Below the pieces are notes generated by a model. That model saw only the letters and a list, made by a program, of their open reading frames with translations. It did no database searches and was not told the origin of the DNA. A stretch of DNA of 63,308 bases, the filler included, from Reclinomonas americana ATCC 50394 (taxonomy: Eukaryota), in NCBI GenBank assembly GCA_048213135.1. It is 5 parts of 4 records of this genome, joined end to end, with 100 filler letters (N's around TTAATTAATTAA, not from the genome) between each part and the next. Parts side by side here need not be neighbours in the genome. Positions count along the whole stretch, not along the records: positions 28,871 to 53,036 come from PS015395.1; positions 53,137 to 56,826 come from PS015396.1; positions 56,927 to 63,308 come from PS015397.1; 2 more parts are not named here. One strand, given 5' to 3'. Position numbers and translations under genes: made by a program. Position 1 is the stretch's first letter. The number at the start of each line of letters is the position of its first letter. This document shows positions 52,022 through 63,192 of this stretch, one piece after another.

Positions 52022-52971
52022 GTCACTCTCTCTGTCTGCCTGTTTGCTTGTCTGTCTGTCTGTATATATCTCACACACTTCTCTCCAACTCAACCTCTCT
52101 CACTCTCTGTGAGTCCGTGTGCCACTCCCTACCCCTCCACGAACCCACACAGAGGCGACGGTCTGATCAGGTAGCTACCGAGGCCAAACAACTTCAAGAA
52201 CGGTTCCAAAATCGAGCCTGCCGTCACGGGGAAAAAGTCTGCAACCGAGAAAAAAACGAGAGTGAGTTTGTTTCACAGTCTCTCTCTGCCAGTCTTTCTG
52301 TGTGTGTTTGTGAGCGCAAGCGTGTGTGTATCGATGTGTGCCGCTCTGTACAGAGACTCACTCGAATGGGTGCTAATTTCACAATCTCTCTGCCTCGCTT
52401 TCTGTGAGTGTGAGAGAATACGCATGTGTGTGCGAGTGCGTGCCGCTCTGTATCGAGGCTCACTCGGAGGCTATTACGCAAAGCCAACAAACACACACCC
52501 TCGCTTGCTCGCTCTCTGATGCAGATTCTCATGCACATCCAACAAGCACATGCACATCAGCAGCACACACTCTCATTCACCCCCACGCACGAGTTGGAAA
52601 AACTTGAAGAAGGCCAAGGAATTCAAGAGGTCGAGGGTCAACTATCTCCCCTCCCTCTCTCGTAATCCCCTATGCCTCGCTTCCCCCTCCTTCCCCTCAC
52701 ATTCCCCTCCTTTTTCCCCAACCTCACCATCGATGGAAATCTGCCCGCCACTCGCCGCCGACACCGTCTCCATCAGCTCACACGGATCCAACGAAAATTG
52801 CTTCTTGCGGTCCCTCAGCGACTCAATAATCTCGCCCGGCGGCCGCTCCAGCGACAACACCACAATTGGCACAGTGGCGTATGCACTGCGCAGCTCCGCC
52901 AGGATCTCAGTGAGATCGGGGAATGGGCGGCTGACGCCGAGGGTGACGCCGAGGCGCAGATTGGTGATGCC
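50826..52971 (-). CDS. C-terminal half of a radical SAM protein of the tetraether synthase Tes/GDGT-MAS (MJ0619, COG1964)-like family; 5' part cut by the scaffold linker
   Basis: Exons 52971-52728, 52238-52145, 51779-51652, 51595-51525 and 51023-50826 join in phase to give ...VSAASGGQISIDDFFPV...RPSPLCGFGTILFN...VPASRFIDIEEF...LLIVHARMDLAGFDASRRAQCTYC...SAACTQHL*. This matches the motif order I recall for the family. Confidence 0.72.
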
Positions 52972-53036
52972 CTGCGTGAGACGAATTCAGAAGACATGAA
53001 CAAACGAGAATGGACCCCTCGCATTCTCTCGTTTCC

Positions 53037-53136
53037 NNNNNNNNNNNNNNNNNNNNNNNNNNNNNNNNNNNNNNNNNNNNTTAATTAATTAANNNNNNNN
53101 NNNNNNNNNNNNNNNNNNNNNNNNNNNNNNNNNNNN
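53037..53136. other. Artificial scaffold linker N44-TTAATTAATTAA-N44
   Basis: 12-mer at 53081-53092; it truncates both the ankyrin gene and the radical SAM gene. Confidence 0.97.
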
Positions 53137-53184
53137 TTTAGAGAAAGACACCGCGAGCACGAAACAAGAGCATCTCCATCTCAC

Positions 53185-55081
53185 CTGGCATTCTGGCTCT
53201 GCGCGGACAGTGTGTGAGCAGCAGAAGCAGGATGTACAAAAATTAGGTATTGACGAGGGATCACACCTGCTGCTATAGCTAGTGATATCCGCTGCTGCCG
53301 CGGTGGTTGTGCGTGGCGCAGCGATGATGACTGTGCCGTCAAGTGATCGAGCACGTTGGCCACTTGCCACTGGTCCTTCCATCGCGCCCTCTGCGAGGCC
53401 GTCTTGCCCTTCTTGTCCACAAGGAGAATGAGGTCGGGGTGGCGAGTGGCGAGGAGTCGCACAACATCAATGTGGCCATTTGCTGCNNNNNNNNNNNNNN
53501 NNNNNNNNNNNNNNNNNNNNNNNNNNNNNNNNNNNNNNNNNNNNNNNNNNNNNNNNNNNNNNNNNNNNNNNNNNNNNNNNNNNNNNNNNNNNNNNNNNNN
53601 NNNNNNNNNNNNNNNNNNNNNNNNNNNNNNNNNNNNNNNNNNNNNNNNNNNNNNNNNNNNNNNNNNNNNNNNNNNNNNNNNNNNNNNNNNNNNNNNNNNN
53701 NNNNNNNNNNNNNNNNNNNNNNNNNNNNNNNNNNNNNNNNNNNNNNNNNNNNNNNNNNNNNNNNNNNNNNNNNNNNNNNNNNNNNNNNNNNNNNNNNNNN
53801 NNNNNNNNNNNNNNNNNNNNNNNNNNNNNNNNNNNNNNNNNNNNNNNNNNNNNNNNNNNNNNNNNNNNNNNNNNNNNNNNNNNNNNNNNNNNNNNNNNNN
53901 NNNNNNNNNNNNNNNNNNNNNNNNNNNNNNNNNNNNNNNNNNNNNNNNNNNNNGGCAATATGCAAGGTAGTGGATTGGCCATCAGTGACTGCCCGCACCA
54001 TTGCCGGCGGGCAGCGTTGCTCCTCGGCAAGCAACCATTCCACCACCTCCACTTGCCCATTGAAGGACGCTTCCATCAGCGGGGTTACGCGATTATCAGT
54101 GACCGCGAGTGCAAGTTGTGGCCCGACGCCGCTCTCCGCCCACAAGTACTGCAACACAGCGAGATGGCCACCGGAAGCGGCATTGGAGAAAGCCGTACCA
54201 CCACCACTGTCCATCTCATCTCTCCTCAACAGACTGTCCGCGCCCTCACGTGCCACCAACTCGCGCAGTGCCTCCACATTGCCACTCGCCGCCATCTCCC
54301 ATGCCCGCATCCTTTGCTGTTGCCTGTGATATAAACAGAACGGGAACACCGCTGTCAGCAAACAAAAAACAGGTGACAGACCTTGACAAACACACCTCGG
54401 TTGTTCTGGATAACGAGAGAGGTGTGAGCAGGGCAAGCAAAGCATGAAAAAAGCACAACACGCACCCAGCGGCGCAGCCAGGCGATCGAGCAACTCAGCC
54501 ACTTGCTCCTTGCCATTCGAGCGTGCCGTCTGCGCCGCCGTCTTGCCCTCCTTATCGGTCATCGCAATGAGATCCGGGTAACAGGAGGCAAGAAGAAAGA
54601 CAATGACTTCGTGGCCTTCGTCGGCCGCACAGTGCAGTGCAGTGGACTGTGGAAAGTCGTCGCCGTCATTCGAGACAATGCGCACCATCTCCGGCGGACA
54701 CCGTCGCTCATCGTCGAGCAACCACTCCACCACATGCAAGTGTCCATTGTAGGCGGCCTCCATCAGAGGCGACCATCCGTGCATGTCGACCATTTGTGCG
54801 AGTTGTGGCCCGACTCCACTCTCCTCCCACAGATACTCCAACACCGACAAGTGGCCGCGTTCAACAGCACAGCAGAATGCAGAGTTGCCGTACTTGTTCA
54901 TCTCCTCTCTCCTCAGCAGAGTGTGGGCGCCCTCGCGTGCCACCAACTCGCGCAGTGCCTGCACATTGCCCTCAGCTGCCATCTCCCATGCTTTCTTCTT
55001 CCTCTTGCGACGAGAACTGCGCGCGGGACAAAGAAGTGGATGTGTGAGAGTGTTGATGATAAACGCAGTGGTGTGCCTCAT
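53185..55081 (-). CDS. Ankyrin-module gene (paralogue of 1-1672) with two tandem ankyrin cassettes; 3' part cut by the linker
   Basis: ATGAG 55081-55077, cassette 55016-54466, cassette 54323-53267 (interrupted by a gap) and a 14-nt micro-exon 53198-53185 homologous to 915-902. Confidence 0.82.
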
Positions 55082-56223
55082 GCTTTGCTGAAGATGTCGA
55101 TGGAGTGGGCAGCTCTCTCTCTCTCTCTCTCACGCGTTTAGTTGTTTTTCCGAGCGCAGGACAACTTTTCTGTGTTTCGACGTCGACGACGAGGAAGAAG
55201 AAGGGAAGAGGATAAAGTAGGAGCAGGAGGAGGAAGACTTGGATATCCACAGGCGGCGGCGCATGGTGGGGAGGATTTGCGATCGCGAGGAGGTCCTGGT
55301 GACGCAAGGTGCGCGAGCTCGACACGTGGAGTCTGCAACGGTGCGAGGTTATAAACTTGGCGGGCATTAGATAAATCTGATCTGCGCGCTCTCAAAAACT
55401 GTCTACTCTGCGTGCTGCGAGTGAGAACGAGAGAGATTCTCCGATGGATGCAGCNNNNNNNNNNNNNNNNNNNNNNNNNNNNNNNNNNNNNNNNNNNNNN
55501 NNNNNNNNNNNNNNNNNNNNNNNNNNNNNNNNNNNNNNNNNNNNNNNNNNNNNNNNNNNNNNNNNNNNNNNNNNNNNNNNNNNNNNNNNNNNNNNNNNNN
55601 NNNNNNNNNNNNNNNNNNNNNNNNNNNNNNNNNNNNNNNNNNNNNNNNNNNNNNNNNNNNNNNNNNNNNNNNNNNNNNNNNNNNNNNNNNNNNNNNNNNN
55701 NNNNNNNNNNNNNNNNNNNNNNNNNNNNNNNNNNNNNNNNNNNNNNNNNNNNNNNNNNNNNNNNNNNNNNNNNNNNNNNNNNNNNNNNNNNNNNNNNNNN
55801 NNNNNNNNNNNNNNNNNNNNNNNNNNNNNNNNNNNNNNNNNNNNNNNNNNNNNNNNNNNNNNNNNNNNNNNNNNNNNNNNNNNNNNNNNNNNNNNNNNNN
55901 NNNNNNNNNNNNNNNNNNNNNNNNNNNNNNNNNNNNNNNNNNNNNNNNNNNNNNNNNNNNNNNNNNNNNNNNNNNNNNNNNNNNNNNNNNNNNNNNNNNN
56001 NNNNNNNNNNGGACAGATCAATATCGATTTGCTGAAAGGTTTTCTTCGCTTTCTCTCGCCGCTGTCACGCAAAAAAGCGAGGCGTTCTTGGATTTCTAAG
56101 CATCCACAGTGTGCACTGCAATCGTGAATTCCGATTTTCGATATCATGCACCCTGGCCAATTACAAATCACTCGTTGCTCGCGCGACAGTTGTGATAACG
56201 CCACACTCAGTGTTGCACGCGCA

Positions 56224-56537
56224 ATGGACGTGGCCACAAACCCACCAGACAGTGGCCGCGGAAGCGGAAACAAACGCGTAGTCATTGTGCGTCGACGAGC
56301 CACGAAACCCGACGAGAGTGGAACAGGAGGAGAAGGCGATGAAAAGTCATCTTCTTCTCCACAAGTTGTTGTTGTTGAGCCGGTGAAGATGAGAAAGGTG
56401 GTGCGAGTGGTGCCGAAGGAGCAGTTGAAGGAGGTGTTGATGAGTGGAAATAGCGCGCGGGGTGCGAGTGGTGTGAGTGCGGGAGTGGGAGGAGGAGGTG
56501 TGGGAGTGGCGGCAATGGAGCATTCGTTGTTGGGAAG
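56224..56537 (+). CDS. Probable first exon of an unknown gene, truncated by the linker
   Basis: ATG-initiated frame MDVATNPPDSG...VVEPVKMRKVVRVVPKEQLKEVL ending at an AG|GTGAGG donor followed by GA-rich intron-like sequence. Confidence 0.5.
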
Positions 56538-56826
56538 GTGAGGACGGTGGAGGGAAGGGAGGGAGGGAGGGAGAGGGGAGAAGGGAGAAGGGGGGAAGGG
56601 AGAAGGGGGAAGGGAGAAGGGAGGGAGGGAGAGTGCAATCTCTTTTCGGCTCTGTGAGGGGGACAGAGAGAGAGAGAGAGTGTGTGTGTGTGTGAGAGAG
56701 TGTGTGTGTGTGTGTGTGGTGGTGTGTGAGAGAGAGTGTGTGTGCGTGCGTTGGGAGAGAGGGTTAAGCAGTAGTGCATGCGCATGCTGCTTCCTCTCGT
56801 GGAAGGGGAGAAACACACACACACAC

Positions 56827-56926
56827 NNNNNNNNNNNNNNNNNNNNNNNNNNNNNNNNNNNNNNNNNNNNTTAATTAATTAANNNNNNNNNNNNNNNNNN
56901 NNNNNNNNNNNNNNNNNNNNNNNNNN
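56827..56926. other. Artificial scaffold linker N44-TTAATTAATTAA-N44
   Basis: 12-mer at 56871-56882. Confidence 0.97.
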
Positions 56927-57000
56927 GAGAGAGAGAGGGAGAGAGAGAGTGCATGACGAAGAGAAGCCAGAAAATGAGTGGCCTCGGAACGCAGACCAGA

Positions 57001-58523
57001 TCAAAATACGTAAGGAGCGCAAGACACGGCAAAGGGCGCAGGAAGAGCTTGGAAAGAAAGTGAACTCATCCTTGGATAGAAAGAGAGGGCGAGAGGAACA
57101 TTCCCCCTCTTGCCCCCCTTGCACAAATTTCTCTCCACTTACATTCGCATCCCACTCCTTCTCCTCCTCCTTCCTCCTAATCTCACCGCTTGGCCATTCC
57201 CAACTGCGCGCGCTGGAAATACGCCTTGCGAATCGGCAGCACCGACATGGTGTCCTCGGTCCACGCCACCACCGCCTCATGCACTGCCTGCGACAGCTCT
57301 TCGTGAATCGCCGCCGCCTTTTCCTGATCCGGCAGCGCGGCCGCCGGGTCGGCAGGACCGCCACCCTTCTTGGCGGCGGCGGCCTTGGGGTCTGCCGGGC
57401 CCGGGTAGTACTTGTTCTGCAGTCGTTCCCGTGCCGCCTCGATTTCGTCGACGCGGGCGACCAGCAACCGGCGGCTGTGCGAGGGGGAAAGGGGAGAAGG
57501 GAAAGGGAATAGAGGGGAGGGAAAGGGAAGAGGGAAGAGGGAATAGAGGAAAGGGAGAGGGAATAAAGGGAAGGGAAAAGGGAAAGAGGGAAGAGGGAAG
57601 GGAGAGGAAAAGGGAAGGGAACGGGAATAGAGGAAAGGGAGAGGGGAAAGAGGGAAGGGGAGAGAGGTAAGGGAAGAGAAAAAGAAAGAGATGAGGACAC
57701 AGAAGAGATGAGAGAGAAGTGAAGGAAATAACAGAGAAGAGAGAGAGATAGAAAGCACGAGGGAGAGAAAGCAAAAGAGAGAGAGAGGGGGAAAGCAAGA
57801 GAGAGAGAGAGAGAAGGAAAGCAACAGTGAGAAAGCAAGAGAGAGAAGTGAAGAGAGAAAAGAAAGATGAAGTGATGAGGAGATGACGAATGATTACAAG
57901 AAAGAAAGAGAGCATTGAAACGAGAAACGAAGGGAGAAAATGAATGAGGACAAGAGCACAGAGCGAAACGAAGGTAAAAGAACAACGAGAGAGGAGATGA
58001 CGAGCCAGAGAAGAAAGCAGAAAAGGGCATCATGGACAAGAGAGAGAAACACAAACACACAGAGGGGGGGGGAGAGAATACAATGAGTCACACAGCCTCC
58101 ATGCCAACACAAACGACAAGCAGAAGAGACGCAACACGACAGCGAGCGAATTGGCCTCGTGCACAATCGTCGGCATGCGCGACGACGGTCCCTCTTGTGA
58201 GCGATTGAGCAAGTTGCTGGCGGCACGGTGCATTGAGGTGCTCGAGGTTCCGTGCGGTGTCTTGGCGCCACTAGGCAGCTTGCGACTGTGGACAAGAAGA
58301 GTGAGACAAGAGTGCGCACAAGATAAAACCCGATGCAGCTGCACGCAACAGACTGCCCATCGACTTCCACGGTGTCATCATCACGCCAGTGGAACGCTGC
58401 GTCGGCGTCCGTGCGCCCGAGCGCATTCCGTCGCCAGAGCTCGACGTGTGCGGCAACCGACTGCTCGAGCCGCCGCGTGGGGAAATGGGGGCGGAGATGG
58501 ACACGGTGCGAGCGCGTTCCTTC
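57001..58523 (-). CDS. Exons of unknown function, possibly the C-terminal extension of the GST-like gene
   Basis: Phase-consistent exons of about 58523-58350, 58286-58136 and 57475-57188 (RRLLVARVDEIEAARERLQNKYYPG...IHEELSQAVHEAVVAWTEDT) and a probable short last exon ending at 57001. Confidence 0.6.
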
Positions 58524-59329
58524 TGCGAAAGGAGCGAAGAGTGAGCAATGTGGGAAAGAGAATAGAAGAGGGTAAGGAAATNNNNNNNNNNNNNNNNNNN
58601 NNNNNNNNNNNNNNNNNNNNNNNNNNNNNNNNNNNNNNNNNNNNNNNNNNNNNNNNNNNNNNNNNNNNNNNNNNNNNNNNNNNNNNNNNNNNNNNNNNNN
58701 NNNNNNNNNNNNNNNNNNNNNNNNNNNNNNNNNNNNNNNNNNNNNNNNNNNNNNNNNNNNNNNNNNNNNNNNNNNNNNNNNNNNNNNNNNNNNNNNNNNN
58801 NNNNNNNNNNNNNNNNNNNNNNNNNNNNNNNNNNNNNNNNNNNNNNNNNNNNNNNNNNNNNNNNNNNNNNNNNNNNNNNNNNNNNNNNNNNNNNNNNNNN
58901 NNNNNNNNNNNNNNNNNNNNNNNNNNNNNNNNNNNNNNNNNNNNNNNNNNNNNNNNNNNNNNNNNNNNNNNNNNNNNNNNNNNNNNNNNNNNNNNNNNNN
59001 NNNNNNNNNNNNNNNNNNNNNNNNNNNNNNNNNNNNNNNNNNNNNNNNNNNNNNNNNNNNNNNNNNNNNNNNNNNNNNNNNNNNNNNNNNNNNNNNNNNN
59101 NNNNNNNNNNNNNNNNNNNNNNNNNNNNNNNNNNNNNNNNNNNNNNNNNNNNNNNNNNNNNNNNNNNNNNNNNNNNNNNNNNNNNNNNNNNNNNNNNNNN
59201 NNNNNNNNNNNNNNNNNNNNNNNNNNNNNNNNNNNNNNNNNNNNNNNNNNNNNNNNNNNNNNNNNNNNNNNNNNNNNNNNNNNNNNNNNNNNNNNNNNNN
59301 NNNNNNNNNNNNNNNNNNNNNNNNNNNTC

Positions 59330-59412
<83 letters not shown>

Positions 59413-59640
59413 GCATGACTTGCGATACGTGACGTCTGGCATCCTATTTGCACTCTGCCATGGGCGTCTGCTGTCTCCAGTCGATGTATGTTTTGTTTTC
59501 GTACACCTCCCGTTCCACCCTGTCTTTCCTCTCTCTTTCCCTTTTCCCCATCATCCCTTTCCTCTTCATGTTCACTTTACTTTTTTCATTTCTATCTTGT
59601 CTTCCCTTCCCCCTCTCCTTCTCCCTTATCTCCCCTCTCC

Positions 59641-60733
59641 CTACTTCACTGGCAACTTCTTCCTCCCACTCGCAAACTTCTCCGTGAAGCTCACGAGAAA
59701 GTCCTCGTACGTGGCGCACTCGGCGGGCAGCAGCTGCAGCATCGTCTGCTGCACGCGCTCCTCCTTGCGCGCAAACGCCAGGTAGCGGCGCAGCATCAGC
59801 AGCGAGTCGTCGCCGTCGACCTCGCCGAGGGCCTTGAAGCCACGATGCGCGCGCAGCACAATGTCGATGCGCAGCAGGAACGGCAGCACGGCGGCGTCGA
59901 GCAGGGTGAATGTGCCGCACATGAGCCAGGGCGAGAAGGCCTCGCTCGTCTGCCGCTCCGCCAGCTCGTGGCGCGACATTTCGCTCTCGCCACTCAGGCT
60001 GCTCCACGAGGTGTTGATGGTCTCCTGGAATTCGCGCAGCAACTTGAGCAGGCGGTCCGCGCCGTGGCTCTGCTCCGTGGCCTCTTGCGAGGTCAGCATC
60101 GCGGCCATCACGGGGACGATCTTGGTGTCGAACTGAGGTGGAGGAGGGTGAGTGTAGGGAGGTGAGGGGATTCTCATGCGCAGGACGACGCAACGAAGCA
60201 AATGAGCTGGCGAATCAGGGCGCGCATAATGGGATTGTCGCGCACGGGCATCAGCGGGGTGGCGGAGGAGGAGGCCATGGACTCGCAGAGGCACGCCAGC
60301 TCGTCGATGAGCTCGTTGATGACGAGCGACTCGGAGATCTGCATACACGAGAGAGAGGGCGCGGTGAGAGGGAATCTCGAATCTCTCGCAGGAAGAATAC
60401 GCGCGCAACGTTGTGCAGGCCGTCGAAAAAGTCGGGCACCTGCTCGTGCGGGTTGAGCATGCGGAGCCAGCGCGGCTTGTTGTCGAGGTCGATGGAGGCG
60501 AGCTTGTAGCGCAGGGTGCCGCGGAAGATGAGGGCCAGCCAGACGCGCTGGCAGAAGGGGCAGGCCGGGGAGATGACCACGAGGGGCTCCTCGCGGGAGG
60601 CCAGTTTGTGGATGTCCATGGAGAGGGTGGAGCCGAGGGGGAGGATGGTGGCGCCGGGGGAGGAGGAGGAGGGGGAGGTGGAGGAGGAGGAGGCGGAGGA
60701 GGTGGTGGTCGGGGGGTGACTGATGGCGGACAT
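59641..60733 (-). CDS. Glutathione S-transferase-like protein, omega/DHAR-type with a CPFC motif
   Basis: CPFCQRVWLAL...IDLDNKPRWLRMLNPHEQVP...ISESLVINELIDE and the C-domain PWLMCGTFTLLDAAVLPFLLR. Exons 60733-60410, about 60338-60195 and about 60133-59641; it may instead splice onward. Confidence 0.85.
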
Positions 60734-61039
60734 GGTGCGGTTGAAAAGTGGGTGGGGAAGAGTTGTCTGTGACAGGAGAACTGAGGCAGATTCTGTCTGG
60801 TCGTGGTGGTCAAGAGGGGAAGGAGGTTGTAACAGGTTGTAGTGTGGTTTCTGTATTGCGTAAATTGGACCTGTATCGCTCGGTTCGTACGGCATGTTCT
60901 TGACTTTGTGACGAAGGAATGATCGACTTGTTCGATTCCTGGGGGCAAATTCACACACACAAGAGATCTGCCCCTGCCCCTGTGGACTCAGTGTTTGTGT
61001 TGACGATTTCGTTGGACTTGCAACTGGAAATTATTAATC

Positions 61040-63192
61040 GAGACAGCCGTCGCTCCGCACGATGAGTGCGGTGGCCTTTTGGTCAGCGGTGGTGCGTTTT
61101 TTTGACGGGCCGCACCGAAGTGATGCCACTCTAGAGGAGCATGCGACCTCCTGATCATGAATACATCGCTCATAGTTGGACCGTATCGACGGCCTCACCA
61201 CACTGCGTCGACTGTGTGTGCGAGCTGGCCAATCCACGACCGAGTGGAAACGTCATGCGGCCGACTTGCACACCTCGACGTCGATGAGCAATTGTAGACA
61301 GTGGTGTCATGTTGTCACACTCCACATGCGTCTCCGTCTCTCTTGCGACCACATCACGACGTCCAGCCAATGCATTCTCTCTGTCCGCCACGAAGAAGCA
61401 GGACGCGCAGCGTGGCCAACAAAGGCGCAGTGTGTGTGAGAGGCGCAGTGAGCTGTGAGCTGCTGTGAGCAAAGAAAAATGAGGTGCGCTGTGTGATTGT
61501 TGCACAGTCTTTGTGGTTTCTCCTCTTTATGACTCCCCTCTCTTGTGTGTGGCAGTGCCCCTCGCAAGAAAGCATACGAAATGGGCAAGGAAAACGACGT
61601 GCACGCACTGCGCGAGTTGGTCGCGCGTGAGGGCGCGCGCACTCTGCTCGCGCGAGAGGAGATGAGCGCCAGTGGCGGCTCGGCTTTCCACTACGCCGCC
61701 TGGTTCAACCACCTCCCCGTGCTGGAGTATCTGTGGGAGGAGAGCGGAGTCGGTCCACAGCTCGCTCAGTTGGTCGACGACGGCGGCGTAACGCCACTGA
61801 TGGCAGCGGCCTTCACTGGGCATCTGCAAGTGGTCGAGTGGTTGCTGGCCGATGAGCGACGGTGTCCGCCGGAGATGGTGCGCGCAGTCACTCATGCGCA
61901 CGCCGACGCCGGAAATCCGCAGTGCACTGCTCTGCATTTTGCGGCTGGAGAAGGCCACGAAGCTGTTGTGTCGCTCCTCGCCACTCGCTTCCCCGAGCTG
62001 ATTGCCATGGGTGACCAGTGGGGCGAGACTGCGGCGCAGAGGGCGCGCGCCAGTGGTAAGCGGCGAGTGACTGAGTTGCTTGATCACCTCGCAGGCGAGC
62101 ACTGGTAGATGCTCATTGTTGTGTATCTCAGTGAAATTTCTATTGAGACAGCCGTCGCTCCGCACGATGAGTGCGGTGGCCTTTTGGTCAGCGGTGGTGC
62201 GTTTTTTGACGGGCCACACCGAAGTGGTGCCACTCTAGAGGAGCATGCGACCTCCTGATCATGAATACATCGCTCATAGTTGGACCGTATTGACGGCCTC
62301 ACCACACTGCGTCGACTGTGTGTGCGAGCTGGCCAATCCACGACCGAGTGGAAACGTCATGCTGCCGACTTGCACACGTCGACGTCGATGAGCAATTGTA
62401 CGTAGACAGTGGTGTCATGTTGTCACATGCGTGTTCATCACTCTTGCGACCACATCACGACGTCCAGCCAATGCATCCTCTCTGTCCGCCACGAAACAGG
62501 ACGCGCAGCGTGGCCAACGAAGGCGCAGTGTGTGTGAGAGGCGCAGTGAGCTGTGAGCTGCTGTGAGCAAAGAAAAATGAGGTGCGCTGTGTGATTGTTG
62601 CACAGACTTTGCGTTTTCTCCTCTTTATGACTCCCCCTCTCTTGTGTGCGGCAGTGCCTCTCGCAAGAAAGCATACGAAATGGGCAAGGAAAACGACGTG
62701 CACGCACTGCGCGAGTTGGTCGCGCGTGAGGGCGCCCGCACTCTGCTCGCGCGAGATGAGATGAGCGCCAGTGGCGGCTCGGCTTTCCACTACGCCGCCT
62801 GGTTCAACCACCTCCCCGTGCTGGAATATCTGTGGGAGGAGAGCGGAGTCGGTCCACAACTCGCTCAGTTGGTCGACGATGGCGGCGTAACGCCACTGAT
62901 GGCAGCGGCCTTCAATGGGCATCTGCGAGTGGTCGAGTGGTTGCTCCCCGATGAGCGACGGTGTCCGCCGGAGATGGTGCGCGCAGTCACTCATGCGCAC
63001 GACGACGCCGGAAATCCGCAGTGCACTGCTCTGCATTTTGCGGCTGGAGAAGGCCACGAAGCTGTTGTGTTGCTCCTCGCCACTCGCTTCCCCGAGCTGA
63101 TTGCCATGGGCGACAAGTGGGGCGAGACTGCGGCGCAGAGGGCGCACGCCAGTGGTAAGCGGCGAGTGACTGAATTGCTTGATCGCCTCGCA
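61040..63192. repeat. Direct tandem duplication of about 1.1 kb (upstream region plus ankyrin gene start)
   Basis: gagacagccgtcgctccgcacgatgagtgcgg starts at about 61040 and about 62145; the ATGs are 1098 bp apart and the copies are near-identical throughout. Confidence 0.95.
61479..62108 (+). CDS. Ankyrin-module protein, stand-alone or truncated duplicate
   Basis: ATGAG 61479-61483, GT-AG intron, exon 61556-62108 (SAFHYAAWFNHLPVLEYL, GVTPLMAAAFTGHLQVVEWLL, TALHFAAGEGHEAVVSLL) ending in TAG. Confidence 0.82.

Noticed and set aside
55392..56822. 476-aa minus-strand ORF
   Set aside because: Made of microsatellite, the antisense of the 56224-56537 exon and an N gap.
5388..56882. Recurrent TTAATTAATTAA palindrome as a biological site
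   Set aside because: Always centred in 44+44 Ns, so it is an artificial six-frame-stop linker. Gene adjacency across these joins, notably ankyrin gene to radical SAM gene at 53037-53136, is not reliable.
61070..61090. U2 snRNA-like GGCCTTTTGG (also at about 62178)
   Set aside because: The branch-point recognition sequence GTGTAGTA and the Sm site do not follow.
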